NCBI RefSeq assembly: GCF_039654945.1 | Contig: NW_027361754.1 | Location: 61,938,001 to 62,002,000, forward strand | DNA length: 64,000 nucleotides | DNA from: Dendrobates tinctorius | Lineage: Eukaryota | Direction of reading: 5' to 3' | Shown here: positions 62,086 to 64,000 of the stretch, in pieces | How the letters are laid out: each line of letters opens with the position of its first letter | How positions within the stretch are numbered: position 1 is the stretch's first letter | Translations under genes and position numbers: made by a program | Notes under the pieces: model-generated | What the model saw: the letters and a program-made list of their open reading frames with translations, nothing else | What the model was told of the DNA's origin: nothing | The model's database searches: none

Positions 62086-63605
62086 TCACACGGGATAGGA
62101 TTAGATACACGGCTCAGCAGGCAGCATCACACAGGATAGGATTAGATACGCAGCTCAGCAGTCAGTATCACACAGAAGAGGATTAGATACACGGCTCAGC
62201 AGTCAGTATCACACAGGAGAGGATTAGATACACGGCTCAGCAGTCAGTATCACACAGGAGAGGATTAGATACACGGCTCAGCAGTCAGTATCACACAGGA
62301 GAGGATTAGATACACGGCTCAGCAGTCAGTATCACACAGGATAGTATTAGATACACGGCTCAGCAGTCAGTATCACACAGGATAGGATTAGATACACGGC
62401 TCAGCAGTCAGTATCACACAGGATAGGATTAGATACACGGCTCAGCAGTCAGCATCACGCAGGAGAGGATTAGATACACGGCTCAGCAGGCAGTATCACG
62501 CAGGATAGGATTAGATACACGGTTCAGCAGTCAGTATAACACAGGATAGGATTAGATACACGGCTCAGCAGTCAGTATCACACAGGATAGGATTAGATAC
62601 ACGGTTCAGCAGTCAGTATCACACAGGATAGGATTAGATACACGGCTCAGCAGTCAGTATCACACAGGATAGGATTAGATACACGGTTCAGCAGTCAGTA
62701 TCACACAGGATAGGATTAGATACACGGCTCAGCAGTCAGTATCACACAGGATAGGATTAGATACACGGCTCAGCAGTCAGTATCACATAGGATTAGATAC
62801 ACGGCTCAGCAGTCAATATCACACAGGAGAGGATTAGATACACGGCTCAGCAGACAGTATCACGCAGGAGAGGATTAGATACACGGCTCAGCAGACAGTA
62901 TCACGCAGGAGAGGATTAGATACACGGCTCAGCAGTCAGCATCACGCAGGAGAGGATTAGATACACGGCTCAGCAGTCAGCATCACGCAGGAGAGGATTA
63001 GATACACGGCTCAGCAGTCAGCATCACGCAGGAGAGGATTAGATACACGGCTCAGCAGGCAGCATCACGCAGGATAGGATTAGATACACGGCTCAGCAGT
63101 CAGCATCACGCAGGAGAGGATTAGATACACGGCTCAGCAGTCAGCATCACGCAGGAGAGGATTAGATACACGGCTCAGCAGTCAGTATCACGCAGGATAG
63201 GATTAGATACACGGCTCAGCAGTCAGTATCACGCAGGATAGGATTAGATACACGGCTCAGCAGTCAGTATCACACAGGATAGGATTAGATACACGGCTCA
63301 GCAGTCAGTATCACACAGGATAGGATTAGATACACGGCTCAGCAGTCAATATCACGCAGGATAGGATTAGATACACGGCTCAGCAGTCAGTATCACACAG
63401 GATAGGATTAGATACACGGCTCAGCAGTCAATATCACGCAGGATAGGATTAGATACACGGCTCAGCAGTCAATATCACGCAGGAGAGGATTAGATACACG
63501 GCTCAGCAGTCAGTATCACGCAGGAGAGGATTAGATACACGGCTCAGCAGTCAGTATCACGCAGGAGAGGATTAGATACACGGCTCAGCAGGCAGTATCA
63601 CACAA
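62085..63605. repeat. 41-bp minisatellite (GGATTAGATACACGGCTCAGCAGTCAGTATCACACAGGAKA) x ~37
   Basis: Period 41 (62221 to 62262 etc.), no spacers. Confidence 0.95.
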
Positions 63606-63615
63606 GACAGTATTA

Positions 63616-64000
63616 GGCCGGTTTCACATTAGCGCATTTTCAGCGCGCGCACGGCCGGGGGTAGCTCCGCCCCCGAGCCGGCTCTCTGCCCGGCGTGCCC
63701 GCCCCTTGCTTGTAGCGCCGCCTACTAGCGGACAGCGGCGCCTGCGATCGGCGCACCCTATCTTTAGCATAGGGTGCGCAGATCGTGCGCAGGCCGTGCG
63801 CTAGTTGCGCTTTGACCTGCGCTGCGCACTTTTGACTGTGCGCCGTGCGCGCCAAAATCAAACTTTTCGGATTTGGGCGCGCACGGCGCACCGTCAAAAG
63901 TGCGCAGCGCAGGTCAAAGCGCAACTAGCGCACGATCTGCGCACCCTATGCTAAAGATAGGGTGCGCCGATCGCAGGCGCCACTGTCCGCTAGTAGGCGG
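63616..64000. mobile_element. Palindromic Harbinger-type MITE, cut by window end
   Basis: TTA|GGCCGGTTTCACATTAGCG TIR like 45132; internal mirror centred ~63860. Confidence 0.75.

Noticed and set aside
62085-63605. CRISPR-like regular array
   Set aside because: Head-to-tail 41-bp units with no unique spacers, no cas genes, eukaryotic context

Overview
Repeat-dense vertebrate genomic DNA, most likely from a frog (inferred from the protein sequences and the T2/Kolobok, Harbinger-MITE, DIRS, L2 and CR1 repeat repertoire). Two complete host genes are reconstructed with splice sites. C1orf50 is on the + strand (5 coding exons, 8309-21214, 183 aa). AP5B1 converges on it from the - strand (coding exons 47190-47041 and 30593-27966, 925 aa, plus a probable 5'UTR exon). 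Each starts at a promoter that looks bidirectional. The 16.4-kb AP5B1 intron holds a nested stack: an old DIRS containing a solo LTR and a hAT relic, the hAT in turn containing a T2-MITE end and a young, near-intact DIRS with ITRs, ICR and a probably spliced gag. C1orf50 intron 1 holds a 5.56-kb TTAA-flanked Tx1/piggyBac-like element carrying telomeric repeats and paired 389/373-bp tandem repeats. Other notable items are a 312-bp palindrome centred on hammerhead-ribozyme-like motifs (Penelope-like), a Helitron sharing a palindromic splice-donor module with Harbinger-type MITEs, and several mini-/microsatellites. No rRNA, tRNA or CRISPR was seen. All family names come from motif recognition, not database searches.
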